Shown here in pieces: positions 19,068-28,333 of a stretch of DNA of 64,000 nucleotides. This DNA is from Candidatus Latescibacterota bacterium (lineage in GTDB: Bacteria; Latescibacterota; UBA2968; UBA8231). How positions within the stretch are numbered: position 1 is the stretch's first letter; each line of letters begins with the position of its first letter. The stretch covers positions 768,001 through 832,000 of the forward strand of contig CBDCSU010000005.1 in assembly GCA_965221775.1 (NCBI GenBank), read 5' to 3'. A program made the translations under genes and the position numbers. Below the pieces are notes generated by a model that was not told the DNA's origin, made no database searches, and worked only from the letters and a program-made list of their open reading frames with translations.

Positions 19068-20465
19068 CTACTCGAAGAGCAGGTACCCGAACCGGTCCGG
19101 CCGTTCCGCGTAGCCGTAGGTGGGCACCCACTGGGCGTACTCCGAGGCGTTGCCGGTGCGCACCCTGCAGATGTTGAAGCCCCACACGTCGCCGGGAGCG
19201 AAGGCCGCCCCCTTGAGACCTGCCGCCGGCAGGGCCACCTCGGCCACCCAGAAGGTGTCGGCCACGAAGGTGGCGATCTCGACCCGGGTGCTCCACGACC
19301 GTCCCTCCCCGTAGGCGCCGTCGGCGTCGTCGGCCACCGTTCCCAGGCTGTTGATGATGAACTGGAAGAACGACCGCGAGTCGTGGTTGGTGTCGAGGAA
19401 GATCTCGATGCAGTCGTCCCTGTAGATCTCCCGGGAGTCCCTTTGGGTGGCGTCGGCCACCAGGCCGGCCGTGTCCTCCTCGTACCCCTTCACGGCGAAG
19501 TAGAGGGTCTGGCCGTGGTAGCCGAGGCGGGCCTCGGCCCGTCCCCTGGCCGGATGCGGGGCGAGACGATGGATGCACTGGTAGAACTCCTCGATCGGCT
19601 CGACCGCGCCCCAGGCCGGGTCGTCGAGCCGGCCGTCGACCGCCGGCGGACTCGGCAGGGGACGGGCGGCGGCCACCATGCCGAGAGCCGCGAGGTGCTC
19701 CAGTCCCCGCCGCCGCTCGCCCATCTCGTAGTAGAGGCGGCCCAGCTTCTGGCCGATGTTCAGGCTCCCCGGGACCAGGTCCAGGGCCTCCCGCAGCAGG
19801 CTCTCGGCGCCGGCCGCGTCGGCCGCCAGGTAGAGCTTGCGGGCCTCGACCGCCATGTGATCGGCCACCACCTCCAGCCACTCGCGGCGCTCGCGGTCCA
19901 GGGAGTCGGGCCGTTCCACGGCGCCCATCCGCACGAGCCGCCCGGTGAGGCTGTCCACCTGGGAGGCGCTGAACAGGGAGAGATCGAGGCGGTTGTCGTC
20001 GAGGCACATCAGCTCCAGGGCCTGCAGGATCTCGCCCTGCATGACGGGGTCCTCCTCGACGGAGAGCCGATGCAGCAGGGGGTCGACCGACTCCGGCCGC
20101 CGCAGGTTGCCCAGGGCCCGGGCGGCGGCGGCACGGACCCCCGGCTCCGGGTCGGCCACGGCCCGCAGCAGGGCCGGCAGGATGGCCGGCTGCTCCTCGC
20201 GCAGGTGCAGCCGGTAGAGGGCCTGGACGAAGTCGATGCGCGCCCGCACCGGAAGGCTCCGGTCGTCGAGGGCGCGCACCAGCGGCTCCACGGCCCGGGC
20301 CTTGGCCATGTTCAGCTCCAGGCGCGCCTCCTCCACGCCCTCGCCGCCCTCGACGATGCGGGCGATGCTCCGCTCCACGGGGTCGCCGCAGGCGCCCGTC
20401 AGCAGCGCCAGAGGGGGGATCAGCAGGCGCCGGAGCCGGAGCCGGCCCCGGCCGCGGTTCCTCAC
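19068..20465 (-). CDS. Lipoprotein with HEAT repeats, TPR and a CBM9-like sugar-binding domain
   Basis: LTGAC lipobox, DPEPGVRAAAARALG HEAT repeat, PAVDGRLDDPAW, DDCIEIFLD, EVALP and WGFNICR. GTGA overlap at the start. Confidence 0.75.
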   Translation of the reverse strand: MRNRGRGRLRLRRLLIPPLALLTGACGDPVERSIARIVEGGEGVEEARLELNMAKARAVEPLVRALDDRSLPVRARIDFVQALYRLHLREEQPAILPALLRAVADPEPGVRAAAARALGNLRRPESVDPLLHRLSVEEDPVMQGEILQALELMCLDDNRLDLSLFSASQVDSLTGRLVRMGAVERPDSLDRERREWLEVVADHMAVEARKLYLAADAAGAESLLREALDLVPGSLNIGQKLGRLYYEMGERRRGLEHLAALGMVAAARPLPSPPAVDGRLDDPAWGAVEPIEEFYQCIHRLAPHPARGRAEARLGYHGQTLYFAVKGYEEDTAGLVADATQRDSREIYRDDCIEIFLDTNHDSRSFFQFIINSLGTVADDADGAYGEGRSWSTRVEIATFVADTFWVAEVALPAAGLKGAAFAPGDVWGFNICRVRTGNASEYAQWVPTYGYAERPDRFGYLLFE

Positions 20466-21358
20466 CCCGAGTGGCCGGGCAGGAAGGTCTCCGGCCACTT
20501 CGGCTCGTAGTCGCTCTCGAAGAGCCAGTCGAAGCCGTCGGGCACGAGGTGGGAGCGGTCGGGGCGGAGCCGTTCGGCCAGGGCCGGGAACAAGGCCATC
20601 AGCGAGTCCCGCTGGCCCTTCGGCAGGCCGCAGCGGACGCCCTCGGCGACCCACGGGGAGAGCATCGCCTTGCGCGCCACCCGGTCCTCGTTCTGCCAGG
20701 CCGAGTGCAGGCCGCTGCTGCACAGCACCAGGACCTGGCCGCGGCGGGCCACGCAGGGCACCGGCTCGCGCTCGATCCAGGGCGCCCCTTCGGGGTCCGG
20801 CAGGTGCTCGGGGAAGGCCGGCGCCTGCGGCGGCACGGGCGGCGGCCGCAGGCCGTGCACGCGGGGCAGCATCGCCTTGTGCTCGGGCGTCAGCACGCGG
20901 TCCCAGTACTCCATGATCGGCCGGTAGCTGCCGGGCAGGACGCGCATGGCGCCGCGGTGGGCGGGCACGTCGTTGAGCCAGAACCACAGCTCGACGCGGA
21001 TGCGCCGGGGCGTGGCCGTGAAGTCCGACCAGGTGGCCTGCACGTCGGTGTGGCACCCGGCCGCCCACTGCTCGCGGGGGTCGGCGTAGGGCGGCTGCGC
21101 CGGGGCGCGCGCATGGGGCCCCATGCTCCACCAGAAGTGCACGGCCCGGGCGCGCAGCACCCTCGCCGCCACCTCCTCGAAGAACGGGTGCTGCAGGGCG
21201 TCGAGGTAGTCCGGCTCCTCATACGGGGCTCCCCTCCTCGCCCTCAGCCGGTCCCAGGCCGCCTCCACCCGGTCCAGCTCCCGGTCGGTGAGGGGGCCGT
21301 CGATGGTGACAGCGCCCCGCTCCTCGTACTCCGCCAGTTGTGCGTCGGTGATGGCCAT
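20462..21358 (-). CDS. Phytanoyl-CoA dioxygenase (PhyH)-family Fe/2OG enzyme
   Basis: QLAEYEERGAV, HTD, LNDVPAHRGAMRVLPGS and GLHSAWQN. Confidence 0.82.
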   Translation of the reverse strand: MAITDAQLAEYEERGAVTIDGPLTDRELDRVEAAWDRLRARRGAPYEEPDYLDALQHPFFEEVAARVLRARAVHFWWSMGPHARAPAQPPYADPREQWAAGCHTDVQATWSDFTATPRRIRVELWFWLNDVPAHRGAMRVLPGSYRPIMEYWDRVLTPEHKAMLPRVHGLRPPPVPPQAPAFPEHLPDPEGAPWIEREPVPCVARRGQVLVLCSSGLHSAWQNEDRVARKAMLSPWVAEGVRCGLPKGQRDSLMALFPALAERLRPDRSHLVPDGFDWLFESDYEPKWPETFLPGHSG

Positions 21359-21524
21359 TCTCAGCCCTCCTTCCGGCGCCGAAAATCGGCGAATCGCCGG
21401 CGCTCGCGCAACAGGAGCCGAGGGTGAGGCCGTGAACCTGCAGGTGGGCGGGCACGCGCCGCTTCACCTGGGCCGCTGGGCGGAACTGACCCAGGACCTG
21501 GAGCTCACGGCCGGGGCGTCGTGC

Positions 21525-22352
21525 TCAGCGGTCCGGCCACTCGTAGGCGGCCCTGGCGTTCTTCCAGAAGAACCTCGCGGCCGCCTCGGCCCCCTTTTCG
21601 TCGAAGTACTCGCGCACGATGCTGAAACCGGTGGCGTAGGGCGCCGCCCGCTCGCACACCGGCCAGTTGCTCCCGTAGAACAGGCGCTCCCCGCCAAAGG
21701 CGTTCCACATCGCATCGAGGGCCGGCCGGTAGTAGCCGACGTCGCCGGGGGCGGGTTGCTCGGCGCTGTTCTCGGTCAGGGCCGACACCTTCATGTAGAC
21801 GTTGGCGTGGGCGCCTGCCGCCTCGATGAAGCCGGTCCACTCCGGGTCGGGTGGCCCGCCGTCGACAGCCGCGTTGGCGACATGCTCGATCACCAGGGTG
21901 AGTTCCGGCAGCTCCCGGGCCAGGCGCAGGAAGCCGGCGCGCGCCCCGTCGTCGGCCGGCACGCAGTCGAGGACGAGGTTGTGATCGGCCAGCAGCTTCA
22001 TCTCGTCGAGGAAGCCGCCGTCGAGGTCGCCCCAGGCGCGGATGCCGCGGAAGACCGGATGGGCGGCGAAGCGCTCCACCTGCTCCGCGAACCTCGGGGT
22101 GCCGCTCTCGAGCCGGCCCACGTAGCCGACGATGACGGGGTCGCCGTCGGCCATGTCGAGGATCCACTGGTTGTCCTCCACCGTGCAGGCCGCCTCGACC
22201 ACCACCGTCCCGGTCACCCCGCACGGGGACGCCTCGGCCAGGAAGTGCTCGGGCAGGACGGTGCGGTACAGCAGTTCCTCGTCCGGCGACGGCCAGGGCA
22301 CGCCTTCGGGCCGGCTGGGATCGTAGAAGTGGGTGTGGGTGTCGATGATCAT
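21525..22352 (-). CDS. Amidohydrolase_2-family protein (L-fuconolactonase-like)
   Basis: MIIDTHTHFYD, VVVEA, VIEH, YMKVSAL and YGSNWPV. Confidence 0.88.
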   Translation of the reverse strand: MIIDTHTHFYDPSRPEGVPWPSPDEELLYRTVLPEHFLAEASPCGVTGTVVVEAACTVEDNQWILDMADGDPVIVGYVGRLESGTPRFAEQVERFAAHPVFRGIRAWGDLDGGFLDEMKLLADHNLVLDCVPADDGARAGFLRLARELPELTLVIEHVANAAVDGGPPDPEWTGFIEAAGAHANVYMKVSALTENSAEQPAPGDVGYYRPALDAMWNAFGGERLFYGSNWPVCERAAPYATGFSIVREYFDEKGAEAAARFFWKNARAAYEWPDR

Positions 22353-22426
22353 CGGAGTACTCTCTTCCGGGTGGTGATCGCCGCTCGCGAAGACAGGCAG
22401 GCTTCCCGGCCGGAGGCGGCCGGGGG

Positions 22427-24193
22427 TCAGCCGTCGGCGGGGCGGATCGTGACGTAGTAGGAGCCGATGGTCCGCTCCCCGCGGTCGTGGAAAGCCGCCG
22501 AGAGCTGATCGGTACCGGCCGCGAGGGATACCTCGAAGACCGCCGCCGTTTCGCCGGGAGAAGTCTCCTGGTGGTAGCTCCTGCCGCCCACCGTCAGCGC
22601 CGCCCGGCCGATGGCCAGCGCCACTCCGCCGCTGTAGTGCGGGGCGTGCCGCTCCTGGATGGCGTCGCGGCGCCACTCGACGTCGTCGCCGTCGATGCCG
22701 GCGTCCAGGGCATGGCCGGCGTCCTCCGGCCAGCGGCGCAGCTCGACGCGGTAGGGGCCGGCGCGGCGCACATCGATCGCCCAGTAGCCGCTGGCGACGT
22801 GGCCCGCCCGCACCTGGCGCTGGTTCCAGGCGCCGTTGCACGCCTCGTTGCGCAAGTCGTGGGTGGTGAGCCGCACCGGCTCGGCGCCGCCGCCGACCAC
22901 CATCGGCACGTCGCAGTCGAACTGCCCGGAAACCAGTTCCCACCACTGCTCGTACCCGGCGCGCAGCTCGGCCACCACACCGGGATGGCCGGCGGCGATG
23001 TCGCGGCGCTGGCCGGGGTCCTCGCCGAGGTGGTACAGCTCCTGGCCGTGCACCAGGCGCCAGGGGCCGCGCATCACCGAGCTCAGGCGCCACTTCGCGG
23101 GATGGGCGATGCGCTGCGTGTCGGCCACCAGGACCCGCTCTCCCCAGGTGCCGTCGTCGTCGCCGCGCATGAGCGGCGCCAGGCTGCGGCCGTGGAAGGA
23201 GCGCTCCTCCGGCGGCGTCACCCCGCACAGGTCCAGGATCGTGGGCATGAAGTCGACGTAGCTGGTGAGATGCCCCACGTCGCGGCCGCCGCCGGCGCCG
23301 GCGCCAGGGTAGCGCAGGAAGAAGGGCACGCGGTGCCCGCCTTCGTAGGGCGACCCCTTCTTGCCGCGCATGCCGGCGTTGAAGCTGCCCGGCCCTTCCC
23401 GCGGGAACCCGTGCGCGTCCAGCTCCACGCCGGTGGCGGTGCCGTTGTCGGTCATGAAGACGACGATGGTGTTGTCCGCGAGGCCGAGATCGTCCAGCCG
23501 CTGCAGCAGCACGCCGATGCTCTCGTCGATGTTGGTGATCATGCCGTAGAAGCGGGCGCGGTCCTCGTGGGGGGTGGAGTCGGCGTAGGCTTCCGCATAG
23601 CGCGGCTCGACGTTCAGCGGGCCGTGGGGCGCGTTGGTCGCGATGTGGCAGTAGAACGGCTCGTGTTGGTGCTCTTCGATGAAGCGCAGGCCCTCGCGGA
23701 AGAACACGTCGGTGCAGTAGCCGTCGAACCTCGTCGGCACGCCGTTCACGTAGTACGTGTCGTCGAAGTAGTCGTTGCCCCAGGCGTCGCCGATGTTGCC
23801 GATGCCGCCGCCGTTGTGGTAGACGGCGCGCTCGAAGCCGCGCTCGTGGGGGCGGAAGGGCTGGCTGTCGCCCAGGTGCCACTTGCCGAACTGGCCGGTG
23901 CGGTAGCCGGCCTCCCGCAGGGCGTCGGCCAGGGTCCACTCGTCCTCTCGCAGCAGCGAACGCCCGCCGATGGTGTGCCACACGCCGGCGCTGTTGCAGA
24001 AGTGGCCGGTGAGCAGGCCGGCGCGGGTGGGGGCGCAGGTGGTGCCCACGTGGAAGTCGGTGAAGCGTACCGAGCTGGCGGGGAAGCGGTCCAGGTTGGG
24101 GGTGCGGATGGCGTCGTTGCCGTGGCACCCCAGGTCGCCGTAGCCCTGATCGTCGGTCAGGACGAGTACGAGATTCGGTCTGCCTGCGGCCAT
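22427..24193 (-). CDS. Arylsulfatase (Cys-type, formylglycine-dependent)
   Basis: PNLVLVLTDDQGYGD, CAPTRAGLLTG, GKWHLG, TDNG and YEGGHRVP. Confidence 0.95.
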   Translation of the reverse strand: MAAGRPNLVLVLTDDQGYGDLGCHGNDAIRTPNLDRFPASSVRFTDFHVGTTCAPTRAGLLTGHFCNSAGVWHTIGGRSLLREDEWTLADALREAGYRTGQFGKWHLGDSQPFRPHERGFERAVYHNGGGIGNIGDAWGNDYFDDTYYVNGVPTRFDGYCTDVFFREGLRFIEEHQHEPFYCHIATNAPHGPLNVEPRYAEAYADSTPHEDRARFYGMITNIDESIGVLLQRLDDLGLADNTIVVFMTDNGTATGVELDAHGFPREGPGSFNAGMRGKKGSPYEGGHRVPFFLRYPGAGAGGGRDVGHLTSYVDFMPTILDLCGVTPPEERSFHGRSLAPLMRGDDDGTWGERVLVADTQRIAHPAKWRLSSVMRGPWRLVHGQELYHLGEDPGQRRDIAAGHPGVVAELRAGYEQWWELVSGQFDCDVPMVVGGGAEPVRLTTHDLRNEACNGAWNQRQVRAGHVASGYWAIDVRRAGPYRVELRRWPEDAGHALDAGIDGDDVEWRRDAIQERHAPHYSGGVALAIGRAALTVGGRSYHQETSPGETAAVFEVSLAAGTDQLSAAFHDRGERTIGSYYVTIRPADG

Positions 24194-24267
24194 GGGACCC
24201 CTCATCCTCGAGGCTCAGGCGACTCCAGGCGGCTCTTCCGTGACGCTCCAACGGCCGAAGGCTCTCG

Positions 24268-25905
24268 CTACTTCAAGTAGAGCAGCCGCTGCGTCTCCAC
24301 TCCGCCCGGATAGCTCAGGCGGGTGATGTAGACCCCCGACGACAGCGACACACCCTGCTCGTCGCGGGCATCCCACCGGACCCGGTAGGAGCCGGCGCCC
24401 TGGAGCTCGTCCACCAGCGTGCGCACCGGCTGGCCCAGCACATTGTAGATCACCAGCTGCACGGGACCGGGGCTCGACAAGCGATAGGCGATCTGGGTGG
24501 AGCTGTTGAAGGGGTTGGGCCCGCCGGGCGCCAGACCACTGGCCGCGGCCACCGCCTTGCCTGCGGCCAGTGGCTCGACGCGGACAACCCTCGCGCCGCC
24601 GCCCAGGGTCAGGCGCACGACGTGGCGCCGGTTCTGGTTGAGGGGAATGCTGCGCCAGCGGCCGACCGTTTCGCCGACGGCGTTGCGGACACGGGCCTGG
24701 TAGAAGCCGGTCACCCGCCTCGTGCTCGAGATGGTCAGGGAGATCTCGCCGTCGGCATCGGTGAAGCCGTTCCAGGCGTAATTGGGCCGGCGGCCGGAGG
24801 TGGCGCGGGAGAACTCGACGATGAACCCCTCGACGGCGTCGCCCAGGACCGTGACCTCCACTTCCGCACGGTAAACGGTCCTCCGGGCACGGTCGGGGTC
24901 ACCGGTATAGAACCCGGCACCGAGGACGTATTCCCGGCCCTGGAACGTGAACAGCTCCGCATACCCCACCTTGGGCGAACCGACGTCTTCATCTCCTGTC
25001 ACCGCAGGATCGTCGAAGTAGTACTCGACGAAGCCGCCGCCCGCCTGGGCCACCTTGATGAGCTCCTGGGCGACCTTGACTCCGTTGACATCCTCCCAAA
25101 GGGATGCATCTCTCAACTCTCGCGCCCTGTTGGCGCCGTGGAAGATCACATGGCCCTCGGTGGTGAAGAGAAAGAAGTAGATGGAACCGTCCCTCCAGGG
25201 CCCCCCTTCTTGCCTGAAGATGTCCTGATGGGGCAGGAGCTCATCGATCCCGACTTCTTCCAGAGCATTGAAATAGCTCTCCACCGTCCCGTGTACAAAA
25301 GCCTTGAGGGTTTCCCGATCCACCACGTCGGCGGCCGTGACCTCGGGGGGGGCGATGATCGAAGGATCGAAGGTCGCCGCAACGGCCTGCGAAGGGTCCT
25401 GGTAATAGCCGCCGATCAGGACCACCGTGGTAGCCGTTGTCCCGGAGGTATAGCTGGTGGCGTAGGCGATCTTCGCGGTCTCTTCGTCCCCCTCCTGCTC
25501 CGGATCGTCCCAGAAATACTCGACAAGGCCTCCGCCCATGTCGGCAGCCGCAAGGAGTTGCTGCACGACCTTGTTCCCACGGGCGTCCTCTGCTTCGTAC
25601 AGGTTCTTGCCGCTCGCAGTCGGGGCATCGGCATGAATGATCACCGTCCCGTTCGGCAACATGAGGATGAGGTACGTGTTCCCGTGCTTCCAGTCGCCCT
25701 CGGTACTGATGGTGGCCACATAGGACGGAAAGTCGTTGGGATCGGTAAACGTCGCCGACCATGCTTTGGCGCCTTCCACGAAGGCCGCCAGCGTTTCCGC
25801 GTCCACCACGTCGCGGGCCGTCACCTCCGGAGACTGGGCGGCGGCGGGGCGGGCAGCGACGAGGCCCGCCAACCCCACAAGGAGTGCTGCGGTCAGGTGT
25901 TTCAC
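24268..25905 (-). CDS. Secreted tandem Cache-domain protein with FlgD-Ig/T9SS-type tail (paralog of 17120-18934)
   Basis: GTG start with GAGGAG RBS, signal peptide ending PAAA-Q, two PEVTA.DVVD.ETL.AFV...W..G..Y...GGG.VEY..DDP repeats and the PNPFNSST tail. Confidence 0.82.
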   Translation of the reverse strand: MKHLTAALLVGLAGLVAARPAAAQSPEVTARDVVDAETLAAFVEGAKAWSATFTDPNDFPSYVATISTEGDWKHGNTYLILMLPNGTVIIHADAPTASGKNLYEAEDARGNKVVQQLLAAADMGGGLVEYFWDDPEQEGDEETAKIAYATSYTSGTTATTVVLIGGYYQDPSQAVAATFDPSIIAPPEVTAADVVDRETLKAFVHGTVESYFNALEEVGIDELLPHQDIFRQEGGPWRDGSIYFFLFTTEGHVIFHGANRARELRDASLWEDVNGVKVAQELIKVAQAGGGFVEYYFDDPAVTGDEDVGSPKVGYAELFTFQGREYVLGAGFYTGDPDRARRTVYRAEVEVTVLGDAVEGFIVEFSRATSGRRPNYAWNGFTDADGEISLTISSTRRVTGFYQARVRNAVGETVGRWRSIPLNQNRRHVVRLTLGGGARVVRVEPLAAGKAVAAASGLAPGGPNPFNSSTQIAYRLSSPGPVQLVIYNVLGQPVRTLVDELQGAGSYRVRWDARDEQGVSLSSGVYITRLSYPGGVETQRLLYLK

Positions 25906-26004
25906 GATACTCTCCTCTTGGGTCTCACGGCGGAGGGCCTCTCTCTCGACGATTCGACGAAACCTGCAACAAATTGTCGCATTCTGCAACGGTCCTGGCT
26001 TCCC

Positions 26005-27444
26005 TCAGGGTTGATTCCGGCTGACCAGGAATTGTGACAACAAGGTGAGATTTCGGTTGAAGGTCCGGCAGCTGATGACCTCGGCGGCGATGGGGGCGTT
26101 GCGGTCCTCCGGGTTTCGCAGGCGCCCTTCCTCCAGCCAGCGGCCCTCCTCGTCGAGGGCGTCGACGATCGCCCGGACCCGTTCCTCGGAGACCGGGCGC
26201 ACCCGGGCGCGCTCGGCCAGGATGGCTTCCCGTCCTTCCTCGAGGATGCGCAGGTACAGGCTCTCGATGCGGTCCGTGCGGTTGCCCACCTTGAAGGCAT
26301 AGTGAGTCGGCGGATCCGCGTCGCTGTAGGTGAGGGCGTACTCCCTGGTGAAGTAGAGGGGCCGGTTGGTCTTCAACTCGTAGAACCGGGCCATGCGGCC
26401 ATCGGGCAGCCGCGAGGCCCGGGCCCAGGCCAGGGCCCGGGGGACCGGTTCGAGGAAGCGCGGCTCCCCGAAAGCGAGGTACAGCTCCAGCAGGATCCGC
26501 ATGACGCCGAAACTCTCGCCTCCGGTGATGGCGGGCGGCTCGAAGCGGCGCGCCCAGGCCGGCTCCATGTCGAGGTTGTACTGCTGCGCCCAGGCCGGCT
26601 GGGGATCGGGCATCTGGGCCAGGAGGATGAAGTCGCCGCCCCTCTCGGCGGCGCGGCGCCAGCGGTCGCCGCCGTAGATGTGGTGGGCCTCGATCATGGT
26701 GGCGATGACGTCGGGAATGGTATTGTCGTTGAAAGTGTAGTACGCGAGATAGCGCTCTTTGGGATGCTCCCGTGACCAGCTCTCCGGATAGCGAGCCTTG
26801 CGGACGGGGAACTCGCCGGGGTCGGGACGGCCGCTGTAACGCTGGGGCCAGGCGCCGTTGGGGTACTGGGCCTCAAGCAGCGACTCCAACCCGTAGAGGA
26901 CGGCGCGGTGCAGGTCGGCATCGGCAAAGCCGAGGTGCCTGTCGACCCGCATGAGCATCCGCAGGGCGCTCTGCGTGTTGTCGTCGTCCAGGGTCGAGCG
27001 GTTGCGGCGCTCTCCGGTGGTGGCGTCGCCCTCTTCGACATCGCGCCGGTAGTGCCATTTCCCGCTCGCCGCCGGGTCGAAGTCGATCCGGTAGTCCCAC
27101 CCCCCCGAAGCCAGTTGCCCCCAGGCCAGGGCTCGAGCCGCCTCGACGGCGCCGTCGAGGAAGAGGGTGTCGCCGGTGGCCTCGTACGCCCCGAGGAAGG
27201 CCATGCCCACGGAAGGCGTGCCCGGGGGCTGGACCCAGATGGTGGTGGGCGAGGCGATGCCCTCGCCTTCTCTTCGGGTGAGATCGCTCTTGTAGAGCCA
27301 GAGATAGCCGCCGTTGGCGGCCACATGGCCGCGGAAATACCGCGCCGCCTTGACCATGGTCTCCACGGCGGCTCTGCGCAGGGCCTCGTCGGCTTGGAGC
27401 GCGCTGCCTGACAACAGCAGGACCAGATAAGCGAACAGGTGCAT
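26005..27444 (-). CDS. Pectate lyase, PL10/PelA-like
   Basis: Signal peptide, STLDDDNT, AQYPNGAWPQ, TFNDN, QPAWAQQY, PAWARRFEP and ARFYEL. Confidence 0.8.
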   Translation of the reverse strand: MHLFAYLVLLLSGSALQADEALRRAAVETMVKAARYFRGHVAANGGYLWLYKSDLTRREGEGIASPTTIWVQPPGTPSVGMAFLGAYEATGDTLFLDGAVEAARALAWGQLASGGWDYRIDFDPAASGKWHYRRDVEEGDATTGERRNRSTLDDDNTQSALRMLMRVDRHLGFADADLHRAVLYGLESLLEAQYPNGAWPQRYSGRPDPGEFPVRKARYPESWSREHPKERYLAYYTFNDNTIPDVIATMIEAHHIYGGDRWRRAAERGGDFILLAQMPDPQPAWAQQYNLDMEPAWARRFEPPAITGGESFGVMRILLELYLAFGEPRFLEPVPRALAWARASRLPDGRMARFYELKTNRPLYFTREYALTYSDADPPTHYAFKVGNRTDRIESLYLRILEEGREAILAERARVRPVSEERVRAIVDALDEEGRWLEEGRLRNPEDRNAPIAAEVISCRTFNRNLTLLSQFLVSRNQP

Positions 27445-27619
27445 CCCGTCAGCCTCCTCGTTCTTCGGGAGGGGCCGCCAGAGGCGGCCTGCGCCGGGTG
27501 GACTGGAAGGGGTGGCCGGCCAGGACCGGCGCCTGGCCAGCCGAGGTGTGCCGGCAGGTGACGGCCGGGGACATGGAGACGCGCATGGCCTCTGGTTAGG
27601 CCGCCGTGGTGCCCCGGAG

Positions 27620-28333
27620 CTACGGCCGGCCCGCGGCCTTCAGGGCGCCGGCGAACTCGGCGCTGGTGGAGGTGTAGCCCACCACGTGCTCGAAGTTGCG
27701 CAGCATCACCTTGCGCAGCCACCCGCCCTCCTCGAGGGAGTCGTCGACGGTGTCGGGATACTCCGCCGAGGAGGTGCAGTCGCGCAGCATGATGACGCGG
27801 TAGTTGTGCTCCACCGCGCCGGCGCAGGTGAAGTAGAGGCAGGAGCGCTGCGAGAACCCCACGGCCACCAGGCTCTCTATGCCGTGGCAGCGCAGGTGGT
27901 AGTCGACGTGGGTCTCGTGGAAGCCCGACCACTCGCGCTTGGGGAAGTCGGGCTCGTGGGGCAGGGGCCGGATGGAGGGCGAGTAGTCCGGCTTCACCGG
28001 CTCGCGTGGCGGGGCCCCGCGGCGGCCGGCCTCCGCGTCTCCCCAGCGGGTGCCGTGGATCTCGCGCTTGATGCTGCCGGGCTCGTCGCACAGGGAGAAG
28101 TCGTTGTGGATGTAGATCACGTGCATGCCGGCCTCGCGCGCCGCCGCCAGGGCCGGGGCGATCCCCTCCTCCACGTACGGGTTCCCGGCGCCGCAGTCGC
28201 TGTCGACGATCATGAAGGCGGTGCGCTCCAGCTCCAGGTCCAGGGTGCCGTGGACGAGCCCGTCGTCCCGCGCCTCTCCCTTGTAGTAGCCGGCGCCGCG
28301 GTACCAGCGGACCGGCAGGGCCAGGACCGTCAC
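27620..28333 (-). CDS. Isochorismatase/cysteine hydrolase family
   Basis: TAFMIVD, FPKREWSGFHET and VAVGFSQRSC (Asp-Lys-Cys triad). GTGA overlap. Confidence 0.85.
   Translation of the reverse strand: MTVLALPVRWYRGAGYYKGEARDDGLVHGTLDLELERTAFMIVDSDCGAGNPYVEEGIAPALAAAREAGMHVIYIHNDFSLCDEPGSIKREIHGTRWGDAEAGRRGAPPREPVKPDYSPSIRPLPHEPDFPKREWSGFHETHVDYHLRCHGIESLVAVGFSQRSCLYFTCAGAVEHNYRVIMLRDCTSSAEYPDTVDDSLEEGGWLRKVMLRNFEHVVGYTSTSAEFAGALKAAGRP

Noticed and set aside
18943-19077. 11-bp direct repeat CCTACTCGAAG at 18943 and 19067
   Set aside because: It is short, encloses only about 110 bp of non-coding DNA, and one copy overlaps an RBS. It may be chance.
21430-21524. Coding-like + strand stretch VNLQVGGHAPLHLGRWAELTQDLELTAG in an intergenic gap
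   Set aside because: Too short and no family recognised, so a pseudogene call is unsupported.
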